A stretch of 64,000 nucleotides of DNA from Escherichia coli. Lineage in GTDB: Bacteria > Pseudomonadota > Gammaproteobacteria > Enterobacterales > Enterobacteriaceae. The notes under the pieces are model-generated. The model saw nothing but the letters and a program-made list of their open reading frames with translations, made no database searches and was not told the DNA's origin. This document shows positions 10,638-24,647 of this stretch, one piece after another. Positions within the stretch are counted from its first letter, which is position 1, and each line of letters begins with the position of its first letter. The stretch lies in NCBI RefSeq assembly GCF_016026235.1, contig NZ_CP065613.1. One strand, 5' to 3'. The position numbers were made by a program, and so were the translations under genes.

Positions 10638-11498
10638 ATGAGCAGCAATACATTTACTCTCGGTACAAAATCCGTTAACCGTCTTGGTTATGGCGCGATG
10701 CAACTGGCAGGTCCTGGGGTTTTTGGCCCCCCAAGAGATCGCCACGTCGCTATAACTGTGCTGCGTGAGGCGCTGGCATTGGGCGTCACTCACATTGATA
10801 CCAGCGACTTTTATGGTCCGCACGTCACCAATCAGATTATCCGCGAAGCGCTTTATCCTTACTCTGACGACCTGACAATTGTCACTAAAATTGGTGCGCG
10901 GCGTGGAGAGGACGCTTCCTGGTTGCCCGCCTTTTCTCCGGCAGAGTTGCAAAAAGCGGTGCACGATAATCTACGTAATCTCGGCCTGGACGTACTGGAT
11001 GTGGTTAACCTGCGCGTTATGATGGGGGATGGTCATGGCCCAGCGGAAGGATCGATTGAGGCCAGCCTGACCGTGCTGGCAGAGATGCAACAACAAGGCC
11101 TGGTAAAACATATTGGCCTGAGCAACGTCACACCGACGCAGGTTGCAGAGGCGCGCAAGATTGCCGAAATTGTCTGTGTGCAAAACGAATACAACATCGC
11201 GCACCGTGCTGATGATGCAATGATTGATGCTTTGGCCCACGATGGCATTGCCTACGTGCCGTTCTTCCCGCTCGGGGGCTTTACACCGCTGCAATCGTCC
11301 ACACTTTCCGATGTTGCTGCGAGCCTGGGTGCAACACCCATGCAGGTGGCGCTGGCGTGGCTGTTACAACGTTCACCGAATATTTTGCTGATCCCAGGGA
11401 CGTCTTCTGTTGCGCATTTACGGGAGAATATGGCTGCTGAAAAATTGCATCTTTCTGAGGAAGTGTTGTCTACGTTGGATGGTATTTCGCGAGAATAA
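10638..11498 (+). CDS. ydbC: Aldo-keto reductase family oxidoreductase
   Basis: 286-aa ORF recognised as AKR-fold YdbC. Confidence 0.85.
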   Translation: MSSNTFTLGTKSVNRLGYGAMQLAGPGVFGPPRDRHVAITVLREALALGVTHIDTSDFYGPHVTNQIIREALYPYSDDLTIVTKIGARRGEDASWLPAFSPAELQKAVHDNLRNLGLDVLDVVNLRVMMGDGHGPAEGSIEASLTVLAEMQQQGLVKHIGLSNVTPTQVAEARKIAEIVCVQNEYNIAHRADDAMIDALAHDGIAYVPFFPLGGFTPLQSSTLSDVAASLGATPMQVALAWLLQRSPNILLIPGTSSVAHLRENMAAEKLHLSEEVLSTLDGISRE

Positions 11499-11507
11499 CG
11501 AATATAC

Positions 11508-11546
11508 AAAAGGGAAAGATGCATTTCCCTTTTGTTTCTTTTTTAA
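11508..11546 (+). terminator. Rho-independent terminator after ydbC
   Basis: AGGGAAA...TTTCCCT stem followed by a T-rich tract. Confidence 0.55.
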
Positions 11547-11561
11547 TGGCATGGAGTGCAT

Positions 11562-13868
11562 ATGTTTAAGGCCAGGATTTGCGGCTGGATAGGTTTACTT
11601 CCCCTGTTTATGCTGAGTCTTCCAGTACAGGCGGAACTTCGATGTGTTGCAAATACAGTTGATATTGAACCATTTTTTTCTGCGGCTACCGCTGAAGATA
11701 AACAACAAGTTGAACAAGCTATCAACAGTAGCGTGAATCTTGTCCCCTTCGGTTTATCTGCATCGGACTGGAAAGTGCATCGTGGCGATTTAGTGGTAGA
11801 AGGTAATATAGAGAGTAATCAAAAATTGATTGTTCTTGGTAATTTGACAGTCAAAGGTAATATTTCCACTTTCTCTCTTTCTAATCCATGGGTTATTCTC
11901 GGTAACGTGACGGCAACGAATATAGTTACGGATTCACCACTGTTAATTACCGGTTCGATAAATGCAAGTGGACTGGTATTTATCGACTCATATTACGATA
12001 ATCCGTCTACGATTAAGGGGAGTATTAATGCGCGTGGGATATTTATCAATGACATAATTGCACCTGTTGTTGCGTCTTCGACAAATAGTGAATTCATGGT
12101 CCGTGCGAGTGACAAAAATGACACTGAAAATGTCAAAAAAGCGCTGATGATAATAAATCCTGATGCATATTATTGGGGTCTAATAAATGATGAAGATGCT
12201 CTGAAAGAAATTTTTAAGCGAAGCAATATTCGCATGGCAGGGAATGTCTGTAATCAGATGAAAAAAAAAGCGCTGTTTCGCCCTAAGCCTTCTCCTGAGT
12301 TAGTGCAGGAATTGCAAATGCTGGATGAAGGCAACGTTGCTGCATTTGAAGGACGAGATATTGCGACATTTGATCTTGCCATAATGCGAACTCTCCCAAG
12401 GCTTAAAGGAATTTCAGCTAACCTACGCAAACAACTTATTAATAGCAATGATGAACAAACGATTGAAAGTATGGCGAGATATATGCCTGACAATGAGATT
12501 CTGGAGTTGACCGATCAGCAATTGGGTTACCAGCCTGTTGTTCTGGGGTTGCTCGACCGTGAACCGCTCTCTGTCGAAATAATGACGCGAATGAGTCGTC
12601 TACCTGATGGTGTCGGTCCGTTGAATCTTGCGCTACGTGAAAATCTCCCTCTGGATATCGTAATGACTCTGGCGAAAAGAGATTGGGATATGATCATTCA
12701 GGAGCTTTATAAAGATGCGTGGTTATTGCCTGAACCCATTATTGATGGCTATATCCGCAGTGATGATTCATCTATTCGTCAGGTCGGTGCTGGAGGACAA
12801 CTCACCTACAATCAGGCAATGCAGTTGGCGAACGATTCATCAAACAATGTTGTCACAAGCTTAGCGTTCAAGCTGGCAGAGATGAAACACCATGGTCAAT
12901 TATTGCGGATGACGCCACAAGAGAGTGACAAAGTTGCAGCCTATTTATACCAAAAATTCGAGAATGACGATGATCTAATACGTGTGTTATTTTTAGCATT
13001 GCCAGATAACTTACAGTTTAATTTTGTTAAAAGGATGAAGAAAAAATCCCCTGCCTACTTTTGCTGTCGGGATATGCAGGTAATTCACTCTGACGCTGCT
13101 CTACAACGGTTATTGACACGTTTCAACGATCCTGAGGGGTGGAGTAATCTGGCGAAAAATCAGTATCTGAGCACATCGATGAAACAAAAAATTTGGCAAC
13201 GTGCTTTATCGCATCGGAAAAATAATCCGAAAGCAGATTCAGCTGCGTATGAAACCAGCGCTGATATGATTTTGTCTGAGCTTATCAGCCACGGTGAAGT
13301 TGATGATCAGATGCTATTAAATGCCACCGCCCTGATACGTTTGGAAGACTGGGACTTTTTAGAGAGTGCATTAGTTAGTTGGGATAATTTACCCGCTGTT
13401 GTCCTCAAGGAATTACAGCAAAATACGCCACGCAATGATATTTGGGCGAAGTTTTTTCTGAGGCAGGAAAACAGCTCCCGTGCGCAGGTTGATGAAGCAT
13501 TACGCGTCTATTATGCACTCGACCCCGATGCGTTAGCACAACTGGATGTACTGGCAAAACAACCGGATCGTATATGGTGGAGTACACTGGCGAAAAGCAA
13601 TCTCACATTTTTCAAGTTCGGCGCACTTAACAACCGCCACACATCGCCTGCAGTACTGGCGGCAGAAATTGATCCCGAGTGGTGGATTGTGGCGATGAAT
13701 AATCCCCGTTTTCCAGTTGATGTATTAAAGGCGAGGCTGAAACGTGATCCTTTGCTGGCGTTAGAGCTTGTTAACCCTGAACTGGATTTAGTCCGCCAGC
13801 TGGCGCTTAACGGTAAGACGCGCGCAATACGGGAACAAGCGATGAGAAAACTTGATGAGTTGTATTGA
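11562..13868 (+). CDS. ydbD: Large secreted protein of unknown function, N-terminal signal peptide
   Basis: ORF 11556..13868 (track start GTG); ATG at 11562 (MFKARICGWIGLLPLFMLSLPVQA|ELR, signal-peptide-like). Recognised as YdbD. Confidence 0.85.
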   Translation: MFKARICGWIGLLPLFMLSLPVQAELRCVANTVDIEPFFSAATAEDKQQVEQAINSSVNLVPFGLSASDWKVHRGDLVVEGNIESNQKLIVLGNLTVKGNISTFSLSNPWVILGNVTATNIVTDSPLLITGSINASGLVFIDSYYDNPSTIKGSINARGIFINDIIAPVVASSTNSEFMVRASDKNDTENVKKALMIINPDAYYWGLINDEDALKEIFKRSNIRMAGNVCNQMKKKALFRPKPSPELVQELQMLDEGNVAAFEGRDIATFDLAIMRTLPRLKGISANLRKQLINSNDEQTIESMARYMPDNEILELTDQQLGYQPVVLGLLDREPLSVEIMTRMSRLPDGVGPLNLALRENLPLDIVMTLAKRDWDMIIQELYKDAWLLPEPIIDGYIRSDDSSIRQVGAGGQLTYNQAMQLANDSSNNVVTSLAFKLAEMKHHGQLLRMTPQESDKVAAYLYQKFENDDDLIRVLFLALPDNLQFNFVKRMKKKSPAYFCCRDMQVIHSDAALQRLLTRFNDPEGWSNLAKNQYLSTSMKQKIWQRALSHRKNNPKADSAAYETSADMILSELISHGEVDDQMLLNATALIRLEDWDFLESALVSWDNLPAVVLKELQQNTPRNDIWAKFFLRQENSSRAQVDEALRVYYALDPDALAQLDVLAKQPDRIWWSTLAKSNLTFFKFGALNNRHTSPAVLAAEIDPEWWIVAMNNPRFPVDVLKARLKRDPLLALELVNPELDLVRQLALNGKTRAIREQAMRKLDELY

Positions 13869-13901
13869 TCCACAACGTAATGTTTCTTAACCATTTGATT
13901 A

Positions 13902-13937
13902 ATTGGGGATAATCATTCCTGGCAGTGAGTCCCCAAT
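13902..13937 (+). terminator. Stem-loop downstream of ydbD (ATTGGGGA ... TCCCCAAT); putative terminator
   Basis: 8-bp inverted repeat with about 20-nt loop, 35 nt after the ydbD stop; a T-run follows further downstream. Confidence 0.3.
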
Positions 13938-14038
13938 ACCTTGATATATTCTGAATTTTTAATGAGGCGGCGTGTTGCGATATCTCCGTCAGGGGAATTG
14001 ATGCACCATAGCGCAAACCGAATTATCAAGGATTGATA

Positions 14039-14644
14039 ATGACGCTCTACCAGATAAAACCGCTCTTTCAGTCGCTGTTAAGGCCGACGATGTTTTGGCT
14101 TTATAAGCACCACGTTACAGCGAATCACATCACTCTTGCTGCACTGGCGCTTTCTCTTCTTACCGGTTTGCTGTTGATGTTGATGTCACAACCCATCCTC
14201 TTTATGCTATTGCCCATCGTGCTTTTTATCCGTATGGCGCTCAATGCGCTTGATGGCATGTTGGCGCGTGAGTGCAACCAGCAAACACGTCTGGGGGCGA
14301 TTTTGAATGAGACTGGCGATGTTATTTCCGATATTGCGCTCTATTTACCGTTTTTATTTTTACCGGAAAGTAACGCATCACTCGTAATACTCATGTTATT
14401 TTGCACCATATTGACTGAGTTTTGCGGTTTACTCGCGCAGACGATTAACGGTATTCGCAGTTATGCCGGTCCATTCGGCAAAAGCGATCGTGCGTTAATA
14501 TTTGGTTTGTGGGGGCTGGCCGTTGCCATTTATCCACAGTGGATGCAATGGAATAATCTTTTATGGAGCATTGCTTCAATTCTGCTTCTCTGGACTGCGA
14601 TTAATCGTTGTCGGAGTGTGCTTTTTATGAGTGCTGAAAGATAA
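14039..14644 (+). CDS. ynbA: CDP-alcohol phosphatidyltransferase family membrane protein
   Basis: ORF 14033..14644; ATG at 14039 (MTLYQIKPLF...), polytopic; recognised as YnbA. Confidence 0.85.
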   Translation: MTLYQIKPLFQSLLRPTMFWLYKHHVTANHITLAALALSLLTGLLLMLMSQPILFMLLPIVLFIRMALNALDGMLARECNQQTRLGAILNETGDVISDIALYLPFLFLPESNASLVILMLFCTILTEFCGLLAQTINGIRSYAGPFGKSDRALIFGLWGLAVAIYPQWMQWNNLLWSIASILLLWTAINRCRSVLFMSAER

Positions 14645-15540
14645 TGCTGGAAAAATCTCTGGTAACACTTTTCGCGTTGTTAATTTTAGCAACGCTGATA
14701 AACCATTTTCTGCTATGGCGGTTACCGGAGAGAAAAGGGGGTGAGGTTACATTACGTATTCGTACCTGGTGGGGCATCGTCATTTGTTTTTCACTGGTGA
14801 TTTCAGGTCCACGCTGGATGACGTTGACGTTTTTTGCGCTGATAAGTTTTCTGGCATTGAAAGAATATTGTACGCTTATATCCGTACATTTTCCGTGGTG
14901 GTTATATTGGGTTATTCCTCTTAACTATTTGCTTATCGGTTTTAATTGCTTTGAGCTGTTTCTGTTATTTATACCTTTGGCTGGGTTTCTGATATTAGCC
15001 ACCTGGCGAGTTTTTGTGGGTGACCCCTCCGGTTTTCTGCATACCGTGAGCGCCATTTTTTGGGGCTGGATAATGACCGTTTTCGCCTTGAGTCATGCCG
15101 CCTGGTTATTAATGTTGCCAACCACAAATATCCAGGGCGGGGCGTTACTGGTGTTATTTCTTTTGGCATTAACCGAGTCAAACGATATTGCACAGTATTT
15201 ATGGGGGAAATCCTGCGGCAGAAGAAAAGTGGTCCCCAAAGTCAGCCCGGGAAAAACACTGCAAGGTCTGATGGGTGGCGTAATCACCACCATGATTGCG
15301 TCACTGATTATTGGACCGTTGCTGACACCGCTAAATACATTACAGGCATTATTAGCGGGTTTGTTAATTGGTATTAGTGGTTTTTGCGGCGATGTAGTGA
15401 TGTCAGCCATCAAACGAGATGTTGGTGTTAAAGATAGTGGAAAACTATTACCAGGACATGGCGGACTCCTTGACAGGATTGACTCATTAATTTTCACCGC
15501 TCCGGTATTTTTTTATTTTATACGCTACTGCTGTTACTGA
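14644..15540 (+). CDS. ynbB: CDP-diglyceride synthetase (CdsA) paralog
   Basis: 298-aa polytopic membrane ORF; C-terminal region resembles CdsA (...KTLQGLMGG..., ...GHGGLLDRIDSLIFTAPVFFYF). Confidence 0.85.
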   Translation: MLEKSLVTLFALLILATLINHFLLWRLPERKGGEVTLRIRTWWGIVICFSLVISGPRWMTLTFFALISFLALKEYCTLISVHFPWWLYWVIPLNYLLIGFNCFELFLLFIPLAGFLILATWRVFVGDPSGFLHTVSAIFWGWIMTVFALSHAAWLLMLPTTNIQGGALLVLFLLALTESNDIAQYLWGKSCGRRKVVPKVSPGKTLQGLMGGVITTMIASLIIGPLLTPLNTLQALLAGLLIGISGFCGDVVMSAIKRDVGVKDSGKLLPGHGGLLDRIDSLIFTAPVFFYFIRYCCY

Positions 15541-15555
15541 AGGAAAATAGAGAAA

Positions 15556-18620
<3,065 letters not shown>

Positions 18621-18623
18621 GTG

Positions 18624-18662
18624 GATCTTGATGTGGACTGAACTACAGTCCACATCAAGATC
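18624..18662. terminator. Perfect 17-bp palindromic hairpin between convergent ynbD and azoR (bidirectional terminator candidate)
   Basis: GATCTTGATGTGGACTG aacta CAGTCCACATCAAGATC lies between the ynbD stop (18618-18620) and the azoR stop (18671-18673). Confidence 0.6.
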
Positions 18663-18670
18663 GTGTCCGG

Positions 18671-19285
<615 letters not shown>

Positions 19286-19476
19286 TTATAGATGTTTGAA
19301 TGGGCGATGCCCCGTTGCTTGCTGACACTTTATTCACAATCCTGCCACAGAGATAGCGCAATAAATCGAAGCCTATGTTCGAATTTATTGAACAACGCAT
19401 AGAAAGCCGCGATGTGGTACTCTATATCTATCATTTAAAAGAAAATTAATCAGGCAGCCTACTGCCCTCTAACGTT

Positions 19477-22400
19477 ATGACAGAACAACAAAAATTGACC
19501 TTTACAGCCTTGCAGCAGCGGCTGGATTCGCTGATGCTGCGCGACAGACAGCGTTTTTCTCGCCGTCTGCACGGTGTGAAGAAGGTTAAAAATCCTGATG
19601 CACAACAGGCCATTTTCCAGGAGATGGCGAAAGAGATTGACCAGGCGGCAGGGAAAGTCCTGCTGCGTGAAGCGGCACGTCCGGAAATCACTTATCCGGA
19701 CAATTTGCCGGTTAGTCAGAAAAAACAGGACATTCTCGAAGCGATTCGTGATCACCAGGTGGTGATCGTCGCCGGGGAAACCGGTTCCGGTAAAACGACT
19801 CAGCTACCGAAAATCTGTATGGAGCTGGGGCGCGGGATTAAAGGGCTGATCGGTCATACCCAGCCGCGTCGTCTGGCGGCAAGAACGGTGGCTAACCGTA
19901 TTGCGGAAGAGCTGAAAACGGAGCCGGGCGGTTGCATCGGTTACAAAGTGCGTTTCAGCGATCACGTAAGTGATAACACGATGGTCAAGCTGATGACCGA
20001 CGGTATCCTGCTGGCGGAGATCCAGCAAGACCGCCTGCTGATGCAGTACGACACCATCATTATTGACGAAGCGCACGAACGCAGCCTGAATATCGATTTT
20101 CTGCTCGGCTATTTGAAAGAGTTGCTGCCGCGGCGTCCTGACCTAAAAATCATTATCACTTCCGCGACTATCGACCCGGAACGCTTTTCGCGCCACTTTA
20201 ATAATGCGCCGATTATTGAAGTCTCCGGTCGGACCTATCCGGTGGAAGTGCGCTATCGCCCGATTGTTGAAGAAGCCGATGACACCGAGCGCGATCAGTT
20301 GCAGGCGATTTTTGACGCCGTAGATGAACTAAGCCAGGAAAGCCCCGGCGACATTCTGATCTTTATGAGCGGCGAGCGGGAAATTCGCGATACCGCCGAT
20401 GCGCTGAACAAGCTGAACTTACGCCATACCGAAATCTTGCCGCTTTATGCGCGGCTTTCGAATAGCGAACAGAACCGCGTGTTCCAGTCGCACAGCGGGC
20501 GACGCATTGTGCTGGCGACCAACGTCGCGGAAACCTCGCTGACTGTACCGGGGATTAAATACGTTATCGACCCCGGTACGGCGCGTATCAGCCGCTACAG
20601 CTATCGCACCAAAGTGCAGCGTTTGCCGATTGAGCCCATTTCGCAGGCGTCTGCCAATCAGCGTAAAGGCCGCTGTGGTCGTGTGTCCGAAGGGATCTGT
20701 ATTCGTCTCTATTCCGAAGACGATTTCCTCTCGCGCCCGGAGTTTACCGACCCGGAAATTCTGCGTACCAACCTGGCCTCGGTTATTTTGCAGATGACTG
20801 CGCTGGGGCTGGGCGATATCGCTGCGTTCCCGTTTGTCGAAGCACCGGATAAACGCAATATCCAGGATGGCGTGCGTCTGCTCGAAGAGCTGGGCGCGAT
20901 CACTACTGATGAACAGGCCAGCGCCTATAAACTGACGCCGCTCGGTCGCCAGCTCTCGCAGTTGCCTGTCGACCCACGTCTGGCGCGTATGGTGCTGGAA
21001 GCGCAAAAACATGGCTGCGTGCGTGAGGCGATGATTATCACGTCCGCGCTCTCCATTCAGGATCCGCGCGAACGTCCGATGGACAAACAGCAGGCATCGG
21101 ACGAAAAACATCGTCGCTTCCACGACAAAGAGTCTGACTTCCTCGCGTTTGTGAATCTGTGGAATTATCTTGGCGAGCAGCAAAAGGCGCTTTCTTCAAA
21201 CGCCTTCCGTCGCCTGTGTCGTACCGATTATCTCAACTATCTGCGCGTGCGCGAATGGCAGGATATCTACACCCAGTTGCGCCAGGTGGTGAAAGAACTC
21301 GGCATTCCGGTGAACAGCGAACCGGCGGAATATCGCGAAATTCACATTGCGTTGCTGACGGGTTTGCTTTCCCATATCGGCATGAAAGATGTCGATAAAC
21401 AAGAATATACCGGCGCACGTAACGCGCGTTTCTCCATCTTCCCCGGTTCTGGTTTATTCAAAAAACCGCCGAAATGGGTAATGGTGGCGGAACTGGTAGA
21501 AACCAGCCGCCTGTGGGGGCGCATTGCTGCGCGTATCGACCCAGAATGGGTGGAGCCTGTCGCTCAGCATTTGATTAAACGTACCTACAGCGAACCGCAC
21601 TGGGAACGGGCGCAGGGCGCGGTGATGGCAACGGAAAAAGTCACCGTTTATGGTTTGCCGATTGTTGCCGCGCGCAAGGTCAACTACAGCCAGATCGATC
21701 CGGCGTTATGTCGTGAACTCTATATTCGCCATGCGCTGGTGGAAGGTGACTGGCAGACGCGTCACGCATTCTTCCGTGAAAACCTGAAACTGCGGGCCGA
21801 AGTGGAAGAGCTGGAACACAAATCACGTCGCCGCGATATTCTGGTTGATGACGAAACGCTGTTTGAGTTCTACGACCAGCGCATCAGCCACGATGTAATC
21901 TCCGCTCGTCACTTCGACAGCTGGTGGAAAAAAGTCAGCCGCGAAACGCCTGATTTGCTCAACTTTGAAAAGAGCATGTTGATCAAAGAAGGGGCGGAAA
22001 AAATCAGCAAGCTGGATTACCCGAACTTCTGGCATCAGGGCAATCTCAAGCTGCGTTTGAGCTATCAGTTTGAGCCCGGCGCGGATGCTGACGGTGTGAC
22101 CGTACATATTCCGCTGCCGTTACTTAACCAGGTTGAGGAAAGCGGGTTTGAATGGCAGATCCCCGGTCTGCGCCGCGAACTGGTGATTGCTCTGATTAAA
22201 TCGTTGCCGAAACCGGTACGCCGTAATTTTGTACCCGCGCCAAACTACGCCGAAGCGTTTTTAGGCCGCGTCACACCGCTGGAGTTACCGTTGCTTGACA
22301 GCCTTGAGCGCGAGTTACGGCGGATGACCGGCGTTACCGTTGACCGCGAAGACTGGCACTGGGATCAGGTGCCCGATCACCTGAAAATCACCTTCCGCGT

Positions 22401-23379
22401 GGTGGATGACAAAAACAAGAAGCTAAAAGAAGGGCGCTCGCTACAAGATCTGAAAGATGCGCTGAAAGGCAAAGTGCAGGAAACGCTGTCTGCGGTGGCG
22501 GATGACGGTATCGAGCAGAGCGGCTTACATATCTGGAGTTTTGGTCAGCTGCCGGAAAGCTACGAACAGAAGCGTGGCAACTACAAAGTGAAGGCGTGGC
22601 CAGCGCTGGTGGATGAGCGCGACAGCGTGGCGATCAAACTGTTTGATAATCCGCTGGAGCAAAAGCAGGCAATGTGGAACGGTCTTCGCCGTCTACTGCT
22701 GCTGAATATTCCCTCGCCGATCAAGTATTTACATGAGAAGTTACCAAACAAAGCCAAGCTTGGACTGTACTTTAACCCGTATGGCAAAGTGCTGGAGCTG
22801 ATCGACGACTGTATCTCCTGCGGTGTGGATAAATTGATCGACGCCAATGGTGGCCCGGTCTGGACGGAAGAAGGCTTTGCTGCGCTGCATGAAAAAGTGC
22901 GTGCCGAACTGAACGACACGGTGGTGGATATTGCGAAGCAGGTCGAGCAAATTCTTACGGCAGTGTTCAATATCAACAAACGTCTGAAAGGGCGGGTGGA
23001 TATGACGATGGCGCTGGGGCTTTCTGACATTAAAGCGCAGATGGGCGGGCTGGTGTATCGCGGTTTTGTGACTGGTAACGGCTTCAAACGGCTGGGCGAC
23101 ACGCTGCGTTATTTGCAGGCGATTGAAAAACGGCTGGAAAAACTGGCGGTTGATCCACATCGCGACCGTGCACAGATGCTGAAAGTCGAAAACGTCCAGC
23201 AGGCGTGGCAGCAATGGATCAACAAACTGCCGCCTGCACGTCGTGAGGATGAAGACGTGAAAGAGATCCGTTGGATGATAGAAGAGCTGCGCGTTAGTTA
23301 CTTCGCTCAACAACTTGGTACGCCTTATCCGATTTCAGATAAGCGTATTTTGCAGGCGATGGAGCAGATTAGCGGTTAA
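19477..23379 (+). CDS. hrpA: ATP-dependent RNA helicase HrpA (DEAH-box)
   Basis: 1300-aa ORF with Walker A (GETGSGKTTQ) and DEAH (IIIDEAHERS) motifs. Confidence 0.95.
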   Translation: MTEQQKLTFTALQQRLDSLMLRDRQRFSRRLHGVKKVKNPDAQQAIFQEMAKEIDQAAGKVLLREAARPEITYPDNLPVSQKKQDILEAIRDHQVVIVAGETGSGKTTQLPKICMELGRGIKGLIGHTQPRRLAARTVANRIAEELKTEPGGCIGYKVRFSDHVSDNTMVKLMTDGILLAEIQQDRLLMQYDTIIIDEAHERSLNIDFLLGYLKELLPRRPDLKIIITSATIDPERFSRHFNNAPIIEVSGRTYPVEVRYRPIVEEADDTERDQLQAIFDAVDELSQESPGDILIFMSGEREIRDTADALNKLNLRHTEILPLYARLSNSEQNRVFQSHSGRRIVLATNVAETSLTVPGIKYVIDPGTARISRYSYRTKVQRLPIEPISQASANQRKGRCGRVSEGICIRLYSEDDFLSRPEFTDPEILRTNLASVILQMTALGLGDIAAFPFVEAPDKRNIQDGVRLLEELGAITTDEQASAYKLTPLGRQLSQLPVDPRLARMVLEAQKHGCVREAMIITSALSIQDPRERPMDKQQASDEKHRRFHDKESDFLAFVNLWNYLGEQQKALSSNAFRRLCRTDYLNYLRVREWQDIYTQLRQVVKELGIPVNSEPAEYREIHIALLTGLLSHIGMKDVDKQEYTGARNARFSIFPGSGLFKKPPKWVMVAELVETSRLWGRIAARIDPEWVEPVAQHLIKRTYSEPHWERAQGAVMATEKVTVYGLPIVAARKVNYSQIDPALCRELYIRHALVEGDWQTRHAFFRENLKLRAEVEELEHKSRRRDILVDDETLFEFYDQRISHDVISARHFDSWWKKVSRETPDLLNFEKSMLIKEGAEKISKLDYPNFWHQGNLKLRLSYQFEPGADADGVTVHIPLPLLNQVEESGFEWQIPGLRRELVIALIKSLPKPVRRNFVPAPNYAEAFLGRVTPLELPLLDSLERELRRMTGVTVDREDWHWDQVPDHLKITFRVVDDKNKKLKEGRSLQDLKDALKGKVQETLSAVADDGIEQSGLHIWSFGQLPESYEQKRGNYKVKAWPALVDERDSVAIKLFDNPLEQKQAMWNGLRRLLLLNIPSPIKYLHEKLPNKAKLGLYFNPYGKVLELIDDCISCGVDKLIDANGGPVWTEEGFAALHEKVRAELNDTVVDIAKQVEQILTAVFNINKRLKGRVDMTMALGLSDIKAQMGGLVYRGFVTGNGFKRLGDTLRYLQAIEKRLEKLAVDPHRDRAQMLKVENVQQAWQQWINKLPPARREDEDVKEIRWMIEELRVSYFAQQLGTPYPISDKRILQAMEQISG

Positions 23380-23403
23380 CCCTGCTATTTGCCTGATAAA
23401 TCT

Positions 23404-23439
23404 AAAACCCGGTAAGCATTTAGCGCCGGGTTTTTTATT
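23404..23439 (+). terminator. Rho-independent terminator after hrpA
   Basis: AAAACCCGG...CCGGGTTTTTTATT hairpin plus T-run, about 25 nt after the stop. Confidence 0.65.
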
Positions 23440-23650
23440 AATTCTAAAACGGTAAGGGCAAAAATTCAGGAATTCAGAAAAATACAATTCTCTGCTGCAA
23501 GATGAATAATGTTTATCTACAGCATTTCCTTAAAAGATATGTCAGGCTTGCGGAGTGGCGGTTAAGGAAATACGACTTCCTCCTTTCAGAGTGCTCCGCT
23601 TCTCACTATTATCTCATGCAGTATTCTTAAGGGAACGATAAGGAGGAACC

Positions 23651-24451
23651 ATGAACATTACCCCGTTTCCGACGCTTTCGCCGGCAACCATAGATGCCAT
23701 AAATGTTATCGGACAGTGGCTGGCGCAGGATGATTTCTCCGGTGAGGTGCCGTATCAGGCCGATTGCGTGATCCTTGCAGGCAATGCGGTTATGCCGACT
23801 ATCGATGCGGCATGTAAGATTGCCCGCGATCAGCAAATTCCTTTACTGATTAGTGGTGGTATCGGTCACTCGACCACTTTTTTGTATAGCGCCATCGCAC
23901 AGCATCCGCACTACAACACTATCCGCACCACTGGCAGAGCAGAAGCGACCATCCTGGCGGATATCGCTCATCAGTTCTGGCATATTCCGCATGAAAAAAT
24001 CTGGATTGAAGACCAGTCAACAAACTGCGGTGAAAACGCACGCTTTAGCATCGCGCTATTGAATCAGGCCGTAGAACGAGTTCATACGGCTATCGTTGTA
24101 CAGGACCCCACCATGCAGCGGCGCACGATGGCAACGTTCCGCCGTATGACCGGGGACAATCCCGATGTACCACGCTGGTTAAGTTATCCCGGATTCGTTC
24201 CTCAGTTAGGAAATAACGCAGACAGTGTAATCTTTATTAATCAGTTACAAGGATTATGGCCGGTTGAGCGTTATCTCTCACTACTCACTGGCGAGCTGCC
24301 GCGTTTACGCGATGATAGCGATGGCTACGGTCCCCGCGGGCGAGATTTTATCGTTCACGTTGATTTTCCGGCAGAAGTCATTCAGGCATGGCAAACGCTT
24401 AAACACGATGCGGTGCTCATCGAGGCGATGGAAAGTCGCTCGTTACGTTAA
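23651..24451 (+). CDS. ydcF: DUF218-family protein
   Basis: 266-aa ORF recognised as YdcF. Confidence 0.85.
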   Translation: MNITPFPTLSPATIDAINVIGQWLAQDDFSGEVPYQADCVILAGNAVMPTIDAACKIARDQQIPLLISGGIGHSTTFLYSAIAQHPHYNTIRTTGRAEATILADIAHQFWHIPHEKIWIEDQSTNCGENARFSIALLNQAVERVHTAIVVQDPTMQRRTMATFRRMTGDNPDVPRWLSYPGFVPQLGNNADSVIFINQLQGLWPVERYLSLLTGELPRLRDDSDGYGPRGRDFIVHVDFPAEVIQAWQTLKHDAVLIEAMESRSLR

Positions 24452-24455
24452 AAAT

Positions 24456-24490
24456 TGCCCGTTTGTGAACCACTTGTTTGCAAACGGGCA
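24456..24490 (+). terminator. Stem-loop after ydcF (TGCCCGTTTG ... CAAACGGGCA)
   Basis: 10-bp perfect inverted repeat with 15-nt loop right after the ydcF stop; weak T-tract. Confidence 0.4.
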
Positions 24491-24647
24491 TGACTCCTGA
24501 CTTTTATTTCTGCCTTTTATTCCTTTTACACTTGTTTTTATGAAGCCCTTCACAGAATTGTCCTTTCACGATGCCGTCTCTCTGATGATTGATGTTAATT
24601 AACAATGTATTTACCGAAAACAAACATATAAATCACAGGAGTCGCCC

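Noticed and set aside
20419-21183. 254-aa minus-strand ORF, and others at 22581..23313, inside hrpA
   Set aside because: Antisense to the hrpA helicase frame, which carries Walker A and DEAH motifs; no independent support.
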